Assembly: GCA_963610995.1 (NCBI GenBank) | Contig: CAVDQW010000187.1 | Location: forward strand, 1-44,800 | DNA: 44,800 nt | Origin: a bacterium | GTDB lineage: Bacteria > Actinomycetota > Coriobacteriia > Coriobacteriales > Atopobiaceae | Reading direction: 5' to 3' | Shown: positions 1 through 8,438 of the stretch, piece by piece | How the letters are laid out: each line of letters begins with the position of its first letter | Numbering within the stretch: position 1 is the first letter of the stretch | Made by a program: the position numbers and the translations under genes | The notes under the pieces: generated by a model | Databases searched by the model: none | Told to the model about the DNA's origin: nothing | What the model saw: only the letters and a program-made list of their open reading frames with translations

Positions 1-255
1 CGTAGTGACTGTCACCAGCTGCAGGCAGGCTCGGGCGGCGATTGCGACCTGCGGGGCGCCTGCAATTGGTGACAGTCACTACGTGCACAACTGCCATGGC
101 TTTGGATCATCGGCTTCATGACTCGTTTACGCGATCGCGTATCCGTTGCGCATGCACGTAGAAACAGTCCCCAATTGCAGGCGCTACGCAGCTTCAGCCC
201 GCAACGCCTGCGCATGGGGACAGGTTCGCGGAAACAAGTCACCAATTGCGGGCAT
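1..255. repeat. Mosaic cluster of GGTGAC(A/T)GTCACC-core palindromic repeats; contains a 105-bp type-A unit (68-172)
   Basis: Inverted arms 1-26 and 58-83; arm GGTGACAGTCACTACGTGCA (68) opposite TGCACGTAGAAACAGTCCCC (ends 172); same units recur at 27.7, 30.0, 31.9 and 44.6 kb. Confidence 0.85.
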
Positions 256-269
256 TGCGGGCCTGGTGC

Positions 270-1124
270 TTAGAACACGGGGACGACGGAGCCCTTGTAC
301 TCGCTCTCGATGAAGGACTTGGAGGTCGCGCTGGTCAGGGCCTTGATCAGGGCCTGGGTCTTCTCGGAGTTCTCGTCGCCCTTGCGCACGGCCACGATGT
401 TGGCGTAGGTCTGCGCGGCCTCGGAGTCGGTGCTCTCGGAGGCGAGGGTGGCGGTGGTGTCGAGGCCCGCGGAGAGCGCGTAGTTGCCGTTGATCACCGC
501 GAAGTCGACGTCCTGCAGCGAACGGGCGACGGACGCGGCCTCGACCTCGACGAACTGCACGTTGTGGGGGTTGGACTCGATGTCGTTGGTGGTGGCCTCA
601 AGGCCGGCGCCGCTCTTGAGCGTGATCACGCCCTGCTCCTGGAGCAGCAGGAGCGCGCGGGCCTCGTTGGTGGCGTCGGAGGGAACGGCGATCTTGGCGC
701 CGTCGGCCACGTTCTTGATGTCGGAGCTCTTACCGGCGTAGATGCCCATCGGCTCGAAGTGGACGGCGTAGGCGCTCACCAGGTCGGTGCCGTTCTCCTG
801 GTTGTAGTTCTCGAGGTAGGGGGCGTGCTGGAAGTAGTTGGCGTCGAGGTCGCCGTCGGAGAGGGCTACGTTGGGCTGCACGTAGTCGTTGTACTCGACG
901 ACCTTGAGCTCGTAGCCCTCGTTCTTGAGCTCGTCCTTCACGGCGTTGAGGATCTCGGCGTGGGGCGAGGGAGAAGCGCCCACGGTGATGGTCTTGTCGG
1001 ACGCGGTGCTCGAGGAGCTGGAGCTCGAGGAGCTGGAGCTGCCGCCGCACGCGACGAGCGAGAAGGCGAGAGCGCCGGTAAGAAGAACTCCCGTGGCCTG
1101 CTTGAGGTGCTGCTTGATGGACAT
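270..1124 (-). CDS. metQ: MetQ/NlpA-family methionine ABC transporter substrate-binding lipoprotein
   Basis: Lipobox LVAC, Ser-rich linker, motifs PHAEIL, DYVQPN, DANYFQH, DATNEARALLLL; ATG at 1124 follows RBS GAAAGGGA. Confidence 0.92.
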   Translation of the reverse strand: MSIKQHLKQATGVLLTGALAFSLVACGGSSSSSSSSSSSTASDKTITVGASPSPHAEILNAVKDELKNEGYELKVVEYNDYVQPNVALSDGDLDANYFQHAPYLENYNQENGTDLVSAYAVHFEPMGIYAGKSSDIKNVADGAKIAVPSDATNEARALLLLQEQGVITLKSGAGLEATTNDIESNPHNVQFVEVEAASVARSLQDVDFAVINGNYALSAGLDTTATLASESTDSEAAQTYANIVAVRKGDENSEKTQALIKALTSATSKSFIESEYKGSVVPVF

Positions 1125-1341
1125 GATGGTTCCCTTTCGATTGGTTCGTGCGTCTCTTCCCAAAGACGGATTCGGCATATGAGTAGCCAAGGGTCAGGGT
1201 TGCTAATAAAGGCCTGACCTGGCAAAACTCCAAAGAAGGATGTTGGTTGGCGCGAGCGGCGCCCAAGACTTGGGGGCGCGTCGCCGGCGGCTCAGTCCGT
1301 AAGGCGCCGCCAGCTCATGCGCTTAGTGCTGTGACGATGCG

Positions 1342-2019
1342 CTAAGAGCGCATTCGCTTGTCGCAGCCGCGGACCAGCAGGTTGCACAGCGTCTGGATGA
1401 TCTGGACCATCACGACGAGGATGATCACGGTGGCGATCATGACGTCGTCCTGGTAGCGCTGGTAACCGTAGCGGATGGCGATGTCGCCGAGTCCGCCGGC
1501 GCCCACGGTGCCGGCCATGGCGGTGTAGCCCAGGATCGTGATGATGACGATGGGCAGGCCGCGAAGCAGGGAGGGCAGGCCCTCGCGCAGGTACACCTTG
1601 AGGATGATCTCCCAGGTAGAGGCACCCATCGACGTGGCGGCCTCAATGAGGCCGCGGTCGACCTCGGCCTCGCTCGACTCGACCATGCGGGCCACGAAGG
1701 GCGCGGCCGAGACGATGAGCGGGAACACCGCGGCGGGAACGCCGAGCGTGGTGCCCACGACGGCGCGCGTGACCGGGATGAGGAACAGCAGAAGGATGAT
1801 GAACGGCAGCGAGCGGGCCATGTTGACCAGCCAGCCGATGACGGTGTAGACGGGGCGGTTCGGGCGCAGGCCGCCGGGCGCGAGCACGGTGAGCAGCGTG
1901 CCGAGCACGAGGCCGATCACATAGGCGCCGAGCGTGGACGCGAGCACCATGACGGTGGTGTCCAGCGTGCCCTGCGCGAGGAGCGCGCCGTACTTATCGA
2001 TAAAAGCGGAGAAGTCCAT
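1342..2019 (-). CDS. metI: Methionine ABC transporter permease
   Basis: RSLPFIILL, EAA loop (IEAATSMGAS), GAGGLGDIAIRYGYQRY; ATG at 2019 overlaps the metN stop (TAATG). Confidence 0.92.
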   Translation of the reverse strand: MDFSAFIDKYGALLAQGTLDTTVMVLASTLGAYVIGLVLGTLLTVLAPGGLRPNRPVYTVIGWLVNMARSLPFIILLLFLIPVTRAVVGTTLGVPAAVFPLIVSAAPFVARMVESSEAEVDRGLIEAATSMGASTWEIILKVYLREGLPSLLRGLPIVIITILGYTAMAGTVGAGGLGDIAIRYGYQRYQDDVMIATVIILVVMVQIIQTLCNLLVRGCDKRMRS

Positions 2020-2777
2020 TACTGCGCGCCTCCCTCGAACTGGATAAGGGCCTTCGTTACCTCGGCTTTCGGGTTGCCGAAGACCTCCTCGGCGGTACCT
2101 TCCTCGACCACGCGGCCCGCTTCCATGACGGCGATGTGGCTGCAGATGCGGCGAGCCACTGCGAGCGAGTGGGTGATGAGGACGATGGTGACGCCGAGCT
2201 CCTGGTTGATGCGCGCGAGCAGGTCGAGGACCTGGCTCGTGGTGAGGGTGTCCAACGCGGAGGTGGCCTCGTCGCAAAGCAGGTATTTCGGGCGCGTCAT
2301 GAGGGCGCGTGCGATGGCGACGCGCTGCTGCTGGCCGCCGGAGAGCTGCGAGGGGTAGGCCTTGGCCTTCTCCTCGAGACCGACGAGTTTGAGCAGCTCA
2401 AGGCCGCGCGGCTGCGCCTCGTCGCGAGAAATACGGCCGGCGGCGCTGGCGAGCGTGGACGGGAACACCACGTTGTCCAGCACGGTGCGCTGCTGGAACA
2501 GGTTGATGCCCTGGAAGATCATGCCGATGTCGGCGCGCAGGCGGCGGAGGTCGGCGCCGTGCAGGCCGGTCACGTCCTGGCCGTCGATGACGACCGAGCC
2601 GTTCGTGGGGTGCTCAAGCAGGTTGATGCAGCGCACGAGGGTGGACTTGCCCGCGCCGGACTCGCCGATGATGCCGAAGACCTCGCCGGTCTGGATCGTG
2701 AGGGAGACGTCGTCCAGCGCGCGGTGCTGGCCCGCGGCTGTGTCGAAGACTTTGGTTATGTTCGTAAGTTCAATCAT
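2019..2777 (-). CDS. metN: Methionine ABC transporter ATP-binding subunit (short form)
   Basis: Walker A GESGAGKST, LVRCINLLE, LSGGQQQRVAIARAL, LLCDEATSALD; operon with metI and metQ. Confidence 0.9.
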   Translation of the reverse strand: MIELTNITKVFDTAAGQHRALDDVSLTIQTGEVFGIIGESGAGKSTLVRCINLLEHPTNGSVVIDGQDVTGLHGADLRRLRADIGMIFQGINLFQQRTVLDNVVFPSTLASAAGRISRDEAQPRGLELLKLVGLEEKAKAYPSQLSGGQQQRVAIARALMTRPKYLLCDEATSALDTLTTSQVLDLLARINQELGVTIVLITHSLAVARRICSHIAVMEAGRVVEEGTAEEVFGNPKAEVTKALIQFEGGAQ

Positions 2778-2848
2778 AGTGGTAACGAGTCTAACAGCTC
2801 GGCTTCAGGATGCGTCCGAGCTGCTTAGACGGGTAATCGATGGTTGGT

Positions 2849-2865
2849 TATCGCCTGGACCTATA
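2849..2865. promoter_or_regulatory. Candidate LysR-type (MetR/MtaR-like) box TATCG-N7-CTATA upstream of metN
   Basis: 17-bp dyad; same pattern at 2966-2982 and 30393-30409, all upstream of met genes. Confidence 0.55.
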
Positions 2866-2965
2866 ACTGAGTTGACGCGGCGAGATATATGGGCGCCGTT
2901 CGGCGGCGCGGGTACAGCCGGTCGCCCCGTTTGCTGCCTGCGGCGCGGCCTCACGCGCGCGTTGC

Positions 2966-2982
2966 TATACTGGTTCGCGATA
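2966..2982. promoter_or_regulatory. Candidate LysR-type box TATAC-N7-CGATA upstream of metA
   Basis: 17-bp dyad matching the boxes at 2849 and 30393. Confidence 0.5.
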
Positions 2983-3150
2983 ACCAGCGATTTGGAAAGG
3001 GGAGAAGCACATGCACGTTGCCGCCTATCTCCCCGAAATGATGCGAATGCGGAAGCACTGCTGAGGCTGGCCACCTGGTCGTTGCCCCTGAGCAGTGCTT
3101 AACTTATGCGCCCGCGCGCCACCCGTCCGCATCCACACAGGAGATAAACC

Positions 3151-4116
3151 ATGCCGATTAATGTCCCCGACGGCCTGCCCGCCAAAGCGACCCTGCACCA
3201 GGAGCGCATCTTCGCCCTCGAGGAGGAGGTGGCCAACAACCAGCAGATCCGCCCGCTGCACGTGGTCATCCTCAACCTCATGCCTACTAAGGTCGAGACC
3301 GAGACGCAGATCCTGCGCCTCATCTCCAAGTCGCCGCTGCAGGTGAGTTGCGACTTCATGCGCGTGGACAGCCACGAGGCCACGCACGTCTCGGCCGACC
3401 ACCTGGTCAAGTTCTACGATACGTTCGACGCGCTCAAGGACAACTACTACGACGGGTTCATCATCACCGGAGCTCCCGTCGAGCACCTCGAGTTCGAGGA
3501 CGTGGATTACTGGGACGAGTTCTGCCGCATCGTTGATTGGTCGCAGACGCACTGCCTCTCCACGATGTACCTGTGCTGGGGCGCGCTCGCGGGCCTTTAT
3601 CACCTCTACGGCATTCCCAAGAAGATGCTCGGCGCCAAGCTGTTCGGCGTGTTCAGGCAGAGGCTCTGCGACGAGTACAACTTCCTGACCAACGGCTTCG
3701 ACGAGGTGCACTGCATGCCGCACTCCCGCCACGCCGCTATCGACACCGGGGAGCTGGCCAAGCATCCTGAGCTGCAGGTTCTTTCCGAGGGCTTTACGAG
3801 CGGCCCGGCGCTTATCGCCACGCGAGACTTCCACGAGGTCTACGTGACCGGGCACTTCGAGTACGGCCGCGATACCCTCTCGGGCGAGTTCTGGCGCGAC
3901 TTCCACAAGGGCCTGCCCATTCGCGTGCCCGAGAACTACTTCCCCGACGACGACCCCGAGCAGCAGCCGCTCTTTACGTGGCGCGCCCACGCCAACCTGC
4001 TGTATCGCAACTGGCTCAACTGGATCTACCAGATGACGCCCTACGAGCTCGAGCGCATCCCCGAGGTGATCGAGGAGCTGCATGGCGGCGGCGACATCAT
4101 GACGGATAAGTTCTAG
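3151..4116 (+). CDS. metA: Homoserine O-acyltransferase, MetA family (probably acetyl-CoA specific)
   Basis: IRPLHVVILNLMPTK, TGAPVEH, catalytic Cys in YLCWGA, PHSRH, GHFEY, WRAHANLLYRNWLN; RBS GGAG. Confidence 0.95.
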   Translation: MPINVPDGLPAKATLHQERIFALEEEVANNQQIRPLHVVILNLMPTKVETETQILRLISKSPLQVSCDFMRVDSHEATHVSADHLVKFYDTFDALKDNYYDGFIITGAPVEHLEFEDVDYWDEFCRIVDWSQTHCLSTMYLCWGALAGLYHLYGIPKKMLGAKLFGVFRQRLCDEYNFLTNGFDEVHCMPHSRHAAIDTGELAKHPELQVLSEGFTSGPALIATRDFHEVYVTGHFEYGRDTLSGEFWRDFHKGLPIRVPENYFPDDDPEQQPLFTWRAHANLLYRNWLNWIYQMTPYELERIPEVIEELHGGGDIMTDKF

Positions 4117-4302
4117 CGCGGGCTGCGGGACGTTTGGCGGAGCGGCGCGGCCGAGAGCACGAGCTCGCTCAGGCTCGCAGCACGACGAAGGCGCCGCCGA
4201 CGTCCTGAAGCGGACAACGCGGCGCAGGTAGGGCAGGCGGCGCAGGGCGGATAACGTGCTGCGCCCGGCGCGAGTAAGAGGCAAAGAAAGGCGAGACAAA
4301 CG

Positions 4303-4764
4303 ATGGCGGAAGCGGTCGCAGAGAAGGAAGAGCGCATCACCGAGGAGCTGCTCGAGCGGCTGCTCGCGTCGGCCACGCCCGAGGCGTATCTCTCGTCGGA
4401 CGGGTCCACGGTCGATCGCGACCTGCCCGATTACCTGCACGAGCTTCTCGACGCCCACGGCCTCAAGCGCGCCGACGTGGTGCGCGCGAGCGGCATCAAC
4501 GCCACCGTGGTCTACGACATCTTTGCCGGCAAGAGCCGCCCGGGACGCGACCACGCCATCATGCTCGCGTTCGGCCTGGGCTGTGACCTGCGCGAATGCC
4601 AGCGCTTGCTGCGCCTGGCCGGCGTGTCCGAGCTGTGGTGCAAGGTGCGCCGCGACGCGGTTCTCATTTGGTGCGTGGAGAACGGCCGCACGCGCGAAGA
4701 GGCCGACGACGAGCTGTATCGCCTGGGCGAGAAGACGCTGCTGGGCACGGGCCCGCTGCGCTAA
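4303..4764 (+). CDS. XRE-like helix-turn-helix protein
   Basis: LHELLDAHGLKRADVVRASGINATVVYDIFAGKSRPGRD is an XRE-type HTH pattern; RBS GAAAGG. Confidence 0.7.
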   Translation: MAEAVAEKEERITEELLERLLASATPEAYLSSDGSTVDRDLPDYLHELLDAHGLKRADVVRASGINATVVYDIFAGKSRPGRDHAIMLAFGLGCDLRECQRLLRLAGVSELWCKVRRDAVLIWCVENGRTREEADDELYRLGEKTLLGTGPLR

Positions 4765-4801
4765 GACGCCCCGAGCGGGCCACGCCTGCCGCCCCACTCG
4801 C

Positions 4802-4820
4802 CGATTCAGTTGCCAACTGA
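4802..4820. promoter_or_regulatory. Palindromic operator candidate TCAGTTG-C-CAACTGA upstream of the kinase
   Basis: Perfect 7-1-7 palindrome; 18/19-identical copy at 8353-8371. Confidence 0.55.
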
Positions 4821-4916
4821 AGAACGACCCGCCCCTGGCGCATAAACTGGTGTGATGGCGTTGCGAGCTCCCGCGGGGGGGGTATCCCGGACGCGCCGCA
4901 GATAGACGGGAGCATT

Positions 4917-6635
4917 TTGAACGACGAGCAGGTCATGCATGCCATGAGCCTCGATGACGTGTACCACGTCGATCGAGTTCTCGCGCATGGCGCCGGCGGC
5001 CTGACGGAGCTCGTCTCCATCGACGGCGCGGGCCCGTTCGTTCGCAAGAAGCTTCCGCTCGAGATCGCCAATCAAAGCGTGTGGTCGACCATCGGCGCGC
5101 TGGATTGTCGCCGCCTGCCCAAGGTCGAGTGCACGTATTCGCTGCCTGACCAGTTCGTCGTTGTGTACGACTACGTTCCCGGCCAGACGCTCGAGGAGCT
5201 GGTAACGTCGCGCGGGCGCCTGGGCGCCGAGGAAGCGGCGTCTCTTGCCAGCGACGTGTGCGAGGCTGCGGCCGCGCTGCATTCCTGCGGCATCATCCAT
5301 CGCGACCTGAGCCCGCGAAACGTCATCGTCGCTGCGGACGGCGCGCACCTTATCGACCTCGGCATTGCCCGCATGCGCGTGGAGGGCGCGAGCCGCGACA
5401 CCACGTCGCTGGGCACGCGCGGCTTCGCGTCGCCCGAGCAGTACGGCTTCGCGCAGACCGATGCCCGCTCCGACGTGTACGCCATTGGCAAGCTGCTCGG
5501 ATACATGCTCACCGGCATGCAGCCGGACGGTGAGGCGTACGAGGCGGAGCTTGCGGAACCGGTGACGGTCGACCCGTGCTTGGCGGCCGTTGTGCGCCAT
5601 GCGTGCGCGTTCGAGCCGAGCGCGCGGTATCAGTCCGCGGTGGCGATGGCCAAGGCGCTTGAGCGACCCGAGGATGAGATTCTGGGTAAGATGGACGCCG
5701 GTTCGGAGCAGTCGGATGATGCGCCGGAGGAGACCGGGGGGTCTTCTCGGCAGGCCGGCGGCAAGAGGGGATTTACGCTCACAGCGTCAAAGGTGCTGGT
5801 AGCGGTAGGTGTTGTGGCGCTTATCGCCGCTATTGCGCTGATCGTGAGATTGGCTGTTGGGGGCGGGTCCGGCGAGGCGTCGGATGAGGGCGCGACCGCG
5901 ACGAGCGAAGCCGCGGCCGATTCCGGCACCTCGAGCGGCGTCGATGACGCAACTGCCGAGCAGATTGTGAAGGATTCCGCCGCGTATGGCATCTCCGAGG
6001 GCTTCAAGAGCGTGGCAAACTCCGGTTCCACGGGCGCGACTACGGAGGATTTGCCGCTCGAGATCGTCGAGTCTGGTTGGTCGGCCGGCACAAACGGTTA
6101 CGTTCATTATGCCGTTGGGGTTAAGAACACGAGTGGTGACACGGCCTACGAGCTGGTCACCATTAAAGTCATGGGCTACGACAAGGACGACAACCTGATC
6201 TTCAGCGACGACTGCGGCGTCATGATCAGCCTGCCGAACCGAACCTCGTATTACTCCGGCCAGGCGGGCGGCGGCGGAACCGCGCCGGCGCGCGTCGACT
6301 TTACGCTGCAAAGAAACTCGACCACCTCGACGGCGCAGATGACCGAGCCGCTCGATATGAAGGTGACGAGCCTCTCGGCCAGCAAGGGAACGCTCGGCAC
6401 GGACTTTGTGGGCACGTATTCCGTGAGCGGCAGCGAGTCCGCGCTCGCGAGCATCCCGTCGTACATGAGCTCGACGGTGATCACGCTCGTGCTGCGCGAC
6501 GAGGACGGCAACATCGTGTACGGCACCAACTCGTACGACTACAACCTGACCCTCGGCGAGGGCAAGACGTTCCAGATCAACGCGAGCAACCTGCCCGCCT
6601 ACGCCACCGTCGAGGCCTACGTCCAGCCGTGGTAG
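4917..6635 (+). CDS. Membrane-anchored Hanks-type Ser/Thr protein kinase with extracellular C-terminal domain
   Basis: IIHRDLSPRN, LIDLGIAR, GTRGFASPEQ, DARSDVYAIG; hydrophobic TM VLVAVGVVALIAAIALIV; beta-rich C-terminus; TTG start after GGGAG. Confidence 0.88.
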   Translation: MNDEQVMHAMSLDDVYHVDRVLAHGAGGLTELVSIDGAGPFVRKKLPLEIANQSVWSTIGALDCRRLPKVECTYSLPDQFVVVYDYVPGQTLEELVTSRGRLGAEEAASLASDVCEAAAALHSCGIIHRDLSPRNVIVAADGAHLIDLGIARMRVEGASRDTTSLGTRGFASPEQYGFAQTDARSDVYAIGKLLGYMLTGMQPDGEAYEAELAEPVTVDPCLAAVVRHACAFEPSARYQSAVAMAKALERPEDEILGKMDAGSEQSDDAPEETGGSSRQAGGKRGFTLTASKVLVAVGVVALIAAIALIVRLAVGGGSGEASDEGATATSEAAADSGTSSGVDDATAEQIVKDSAAYGISEGFKSVANSGSTGATTEDLPLEIVESGWSAGTNGYVHYAVGVKNTSGDTAYELVTIKVMGYDKDDNLIFSDDCGVMISLPNRTSYYSGQAGGGGTAPARVDFTLQRNSTTSTAQMTEPLDMKVTSLSASKGTLGTDFVGTYSVSGSESALASIPSYMSSTVITLVLRDEDGNIVYGTNSYDYNLTLGEGKTFQINASNLPAYATVEAYVQPW

Positions 6636-6685
6636 GCGGGCGGTTGCCCCTTGCTGCCTGGTCGAATGAATTTTGTCGCGCGTTC

Positions 6686-6747
6686 CCGGGCATGAAATCG
6701 CAGTTGTATCGCTTCGAACGAGGCAACAACTGCGATTTAGTGCCCGG
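6686..6747. repeat. 62-bp CCGGGCAT...GTGCCCGG hairpin, subtype A
   Basis: Inverted arms; homologous copy at 9067-9128. Confidence 0.85.
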
Positions 6748-6812
6748 AATGCTTGGATGCCGAAATAACGACTGACGCTCGCGCCAAGGGCCTGCGCTGA
6801 ATTCGCTTGCTT

Positions 6813-6858
6813 GAAATTAATGTCGATTGATACACTAATTTCGAGAAATTAATGTCGA
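6813..6858 (+). promoter_or_regulatory. Two GAAATTAATGTCGA direct repeats in the AT-rich leader of the ATPase gene
   Basis: Identical 14-mers at 6813 and 6845 (32-bp period). Confidence 0.55.
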
Positions 6859-6889
6859 ATCGAACGCAAATTTCAGTCCGGAGGTTGCC

Positions 6890-8224
6890 GTGACGACGTT
6901 TACAAGAAAGATCGACGCTCGCCTCGCCTCATGGAAGGCGTCCGTGTCTCGCAAGCCGCTGGTGCTTCTCGGCGCGCGCCAGGTCGGCAAGACGTTCGCG
7001 CTCAAGCAGTTCGCCGCGACGGAGTTCGAATCCCTTGCTTACGTGGACTTCAGCCGCGACTCGGACGCGGCGGCCCTGTTCGAAGACGGGATCTCGCCCT
7101 CGCGGCTCGTGTCGAATCTTGGCATCTACCTGCGGATGGACATTGATCCCGAGAAGACACTGATCGTTTTTGACGAGGTCCAGCTATGTGAGCGGGCGCT
7201 GACCTCGCTCAAGTACTTTTGCGATGAGGCCCCCGAATATTGCGTGGTCGCGGCCGGAAGCCTGCTCGGCGTAAAGATTCACCGCGAGAGCTATTCGTTC
7301 CCCGTCGGTAAGGTCGACCTGCTCGAGCTGCATCCGATGGATTTTGAGGAATTCCTCTGGGCGCGCGGCGAGGCCCGTCTTGCCGAAGCGATTCGCGAGG
7401 CGTATGCGCGCCCGGTGTCTGCGTTTGCTCTCCATGAGCGCGCGATGGACCTGGTGAGGGAATACGAGCTCATCGGCGGCATGCCCGAGGTGGTTTCTGA
7501 ATTCATTGCATCCGGGGCTGCCGGAAACTCGTCATTGGATCTTGTGCAAAAGAAGCAGACCGAAATCTGCGTTGCCTATGCGGCGGATATGGTCAAATAC
7601 GCCGACGAACAGGACGTTCCGCGAATCTTGGCGGCGTGGAACAGCTTGCCGCGCCAGCTTGCCAAAGAGAACCACAAGTTTCAGTACAAGGCGATTCGGT
7701 CGGGTGCGCGGGCGGCCCAGTATCAGACGGCGCTCGAATGGCTGAGCGCGGCCGGAATCGCCGAACGCTGCCTGCGCGTGACGGACGCCGAAGCGCCGCT
7801 CGCCACGTTTGCCGAGGACGCGAACTTCAAGCTTTATGGGGCGGATACGGGGCTTCTTGCCAGCAGGTTCGAGGTGAGGCCCGAGGACTTGGCGCCGGCG
7901 GACAACAAAGCGTCGCGCTTTAGGGGCGCCATTGCGGAGAACTGCGTGCACCAGCAGCTGCGCGCGAGCGACTCGACCGTTTATTACTGGGGAACGGCAA
8001 GCCGCTACGAGGTCGAGTTCCTGTCGCGGGCGAAGTCCGGCGAGGTCGTTCCTATCGAGGTCAAGTCCGGCAAGAACGTGCGATCAGTGAGCCTGCGCGA
8101 GTTCATGAATCGTTACGGCATCGAGTGCGCTTATCGTCTGAGCTCGCGCAATTTTGGAGTCGAGGGCGGCATCGCGAGCATCCCGCTGTACGCCGCCTGG
8201 CTTCTAGGCGAGGAGCTGCGTTAG
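6890..8224 (+). CDS. AAA+ ATPase of the AAA_14/DUF4143 type with C-terminal PD-(D/E)xK-like motif
   Basis: GARQVGKT Walker A, IVFDEVQ Walker B, AAGSLLG, IGGMPEVV, FKLYGADTGLL, EVEFL...PIEVKSG; RBS GGAGG, GTG start. Confidence 0.88.
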   Translation: MTTFTRKIDARLASWKASVSRKPLVLLGARQVGKTFALKQFAATEFESLAYVDFSRDSDAAALFEDGISPSRLVSNLGIYLRMDIDPEKTLIVFDEVQLCERALTSLKYFCDEAPEYCVVAAGSLLGVKIHRESYSFPVGKVDLLELHPMDFEEFLWARGEARLAEAIREAYARPVSAFALHERAMDLVREYELIGGMPEVVSEFIASGAAGNSSLDLVQKKQTEICVAYAADMVKYADEQDVPRILAAWNSLPRQLAKENHKFQYKAIRSGARAAQYQTALEWLSAAGIAERCLRVTDAEAPLATFAEDANFKLYGADTGLLASRFEVRPEDLAPADNKASRFRGAIAENCVHQQLRASDSTVYYWGTASRYEVEFLSRAKSGEVVPIEVKSGKNVRSVSLREFMNRYGIECAYRLSSRNFGVEGGIASIPLYAAWLLGEELR

Positions 8225-8277
8225 GGGGGAGTCACGCGCTTCGATACGCGCCGGCGGGCAGCCGCCTTAAGTTGAAT

Positions 8278-8339
8278 CCGGGCATGAAACGGCCATTCTC
8301 ACCTCGATCGAGGCGTCGAAACGACCGTTTTGTGCCCCG
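8278..8339. repeat. 62-bp CCGGGCAT hairpin, subtype B
   Basis: Same ends and length as subtype A, different interior; homologous copy at 9173-9234. Confidence 0.8.
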
Positions 8340-8352
8340 ATGTGCGCTGCCG

Positions 8353-8371
8353 CGATTCAGTTGCCAGCTGA
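8353..8371. promoter_or_regulatory. Second copy of palindromic operator candidate CGATTCAGTTGCCAGCTGA
   Basis: 18/19 identity to 4802-4820. Confidence 0.55.
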
Positions 8372-8438
8372 TGCCATACAAGCCTCGGAGCCCTTTACTT
8401 TCAGGTGCCCTACAGACCTCAAAACAAAGGAGAGGCAC

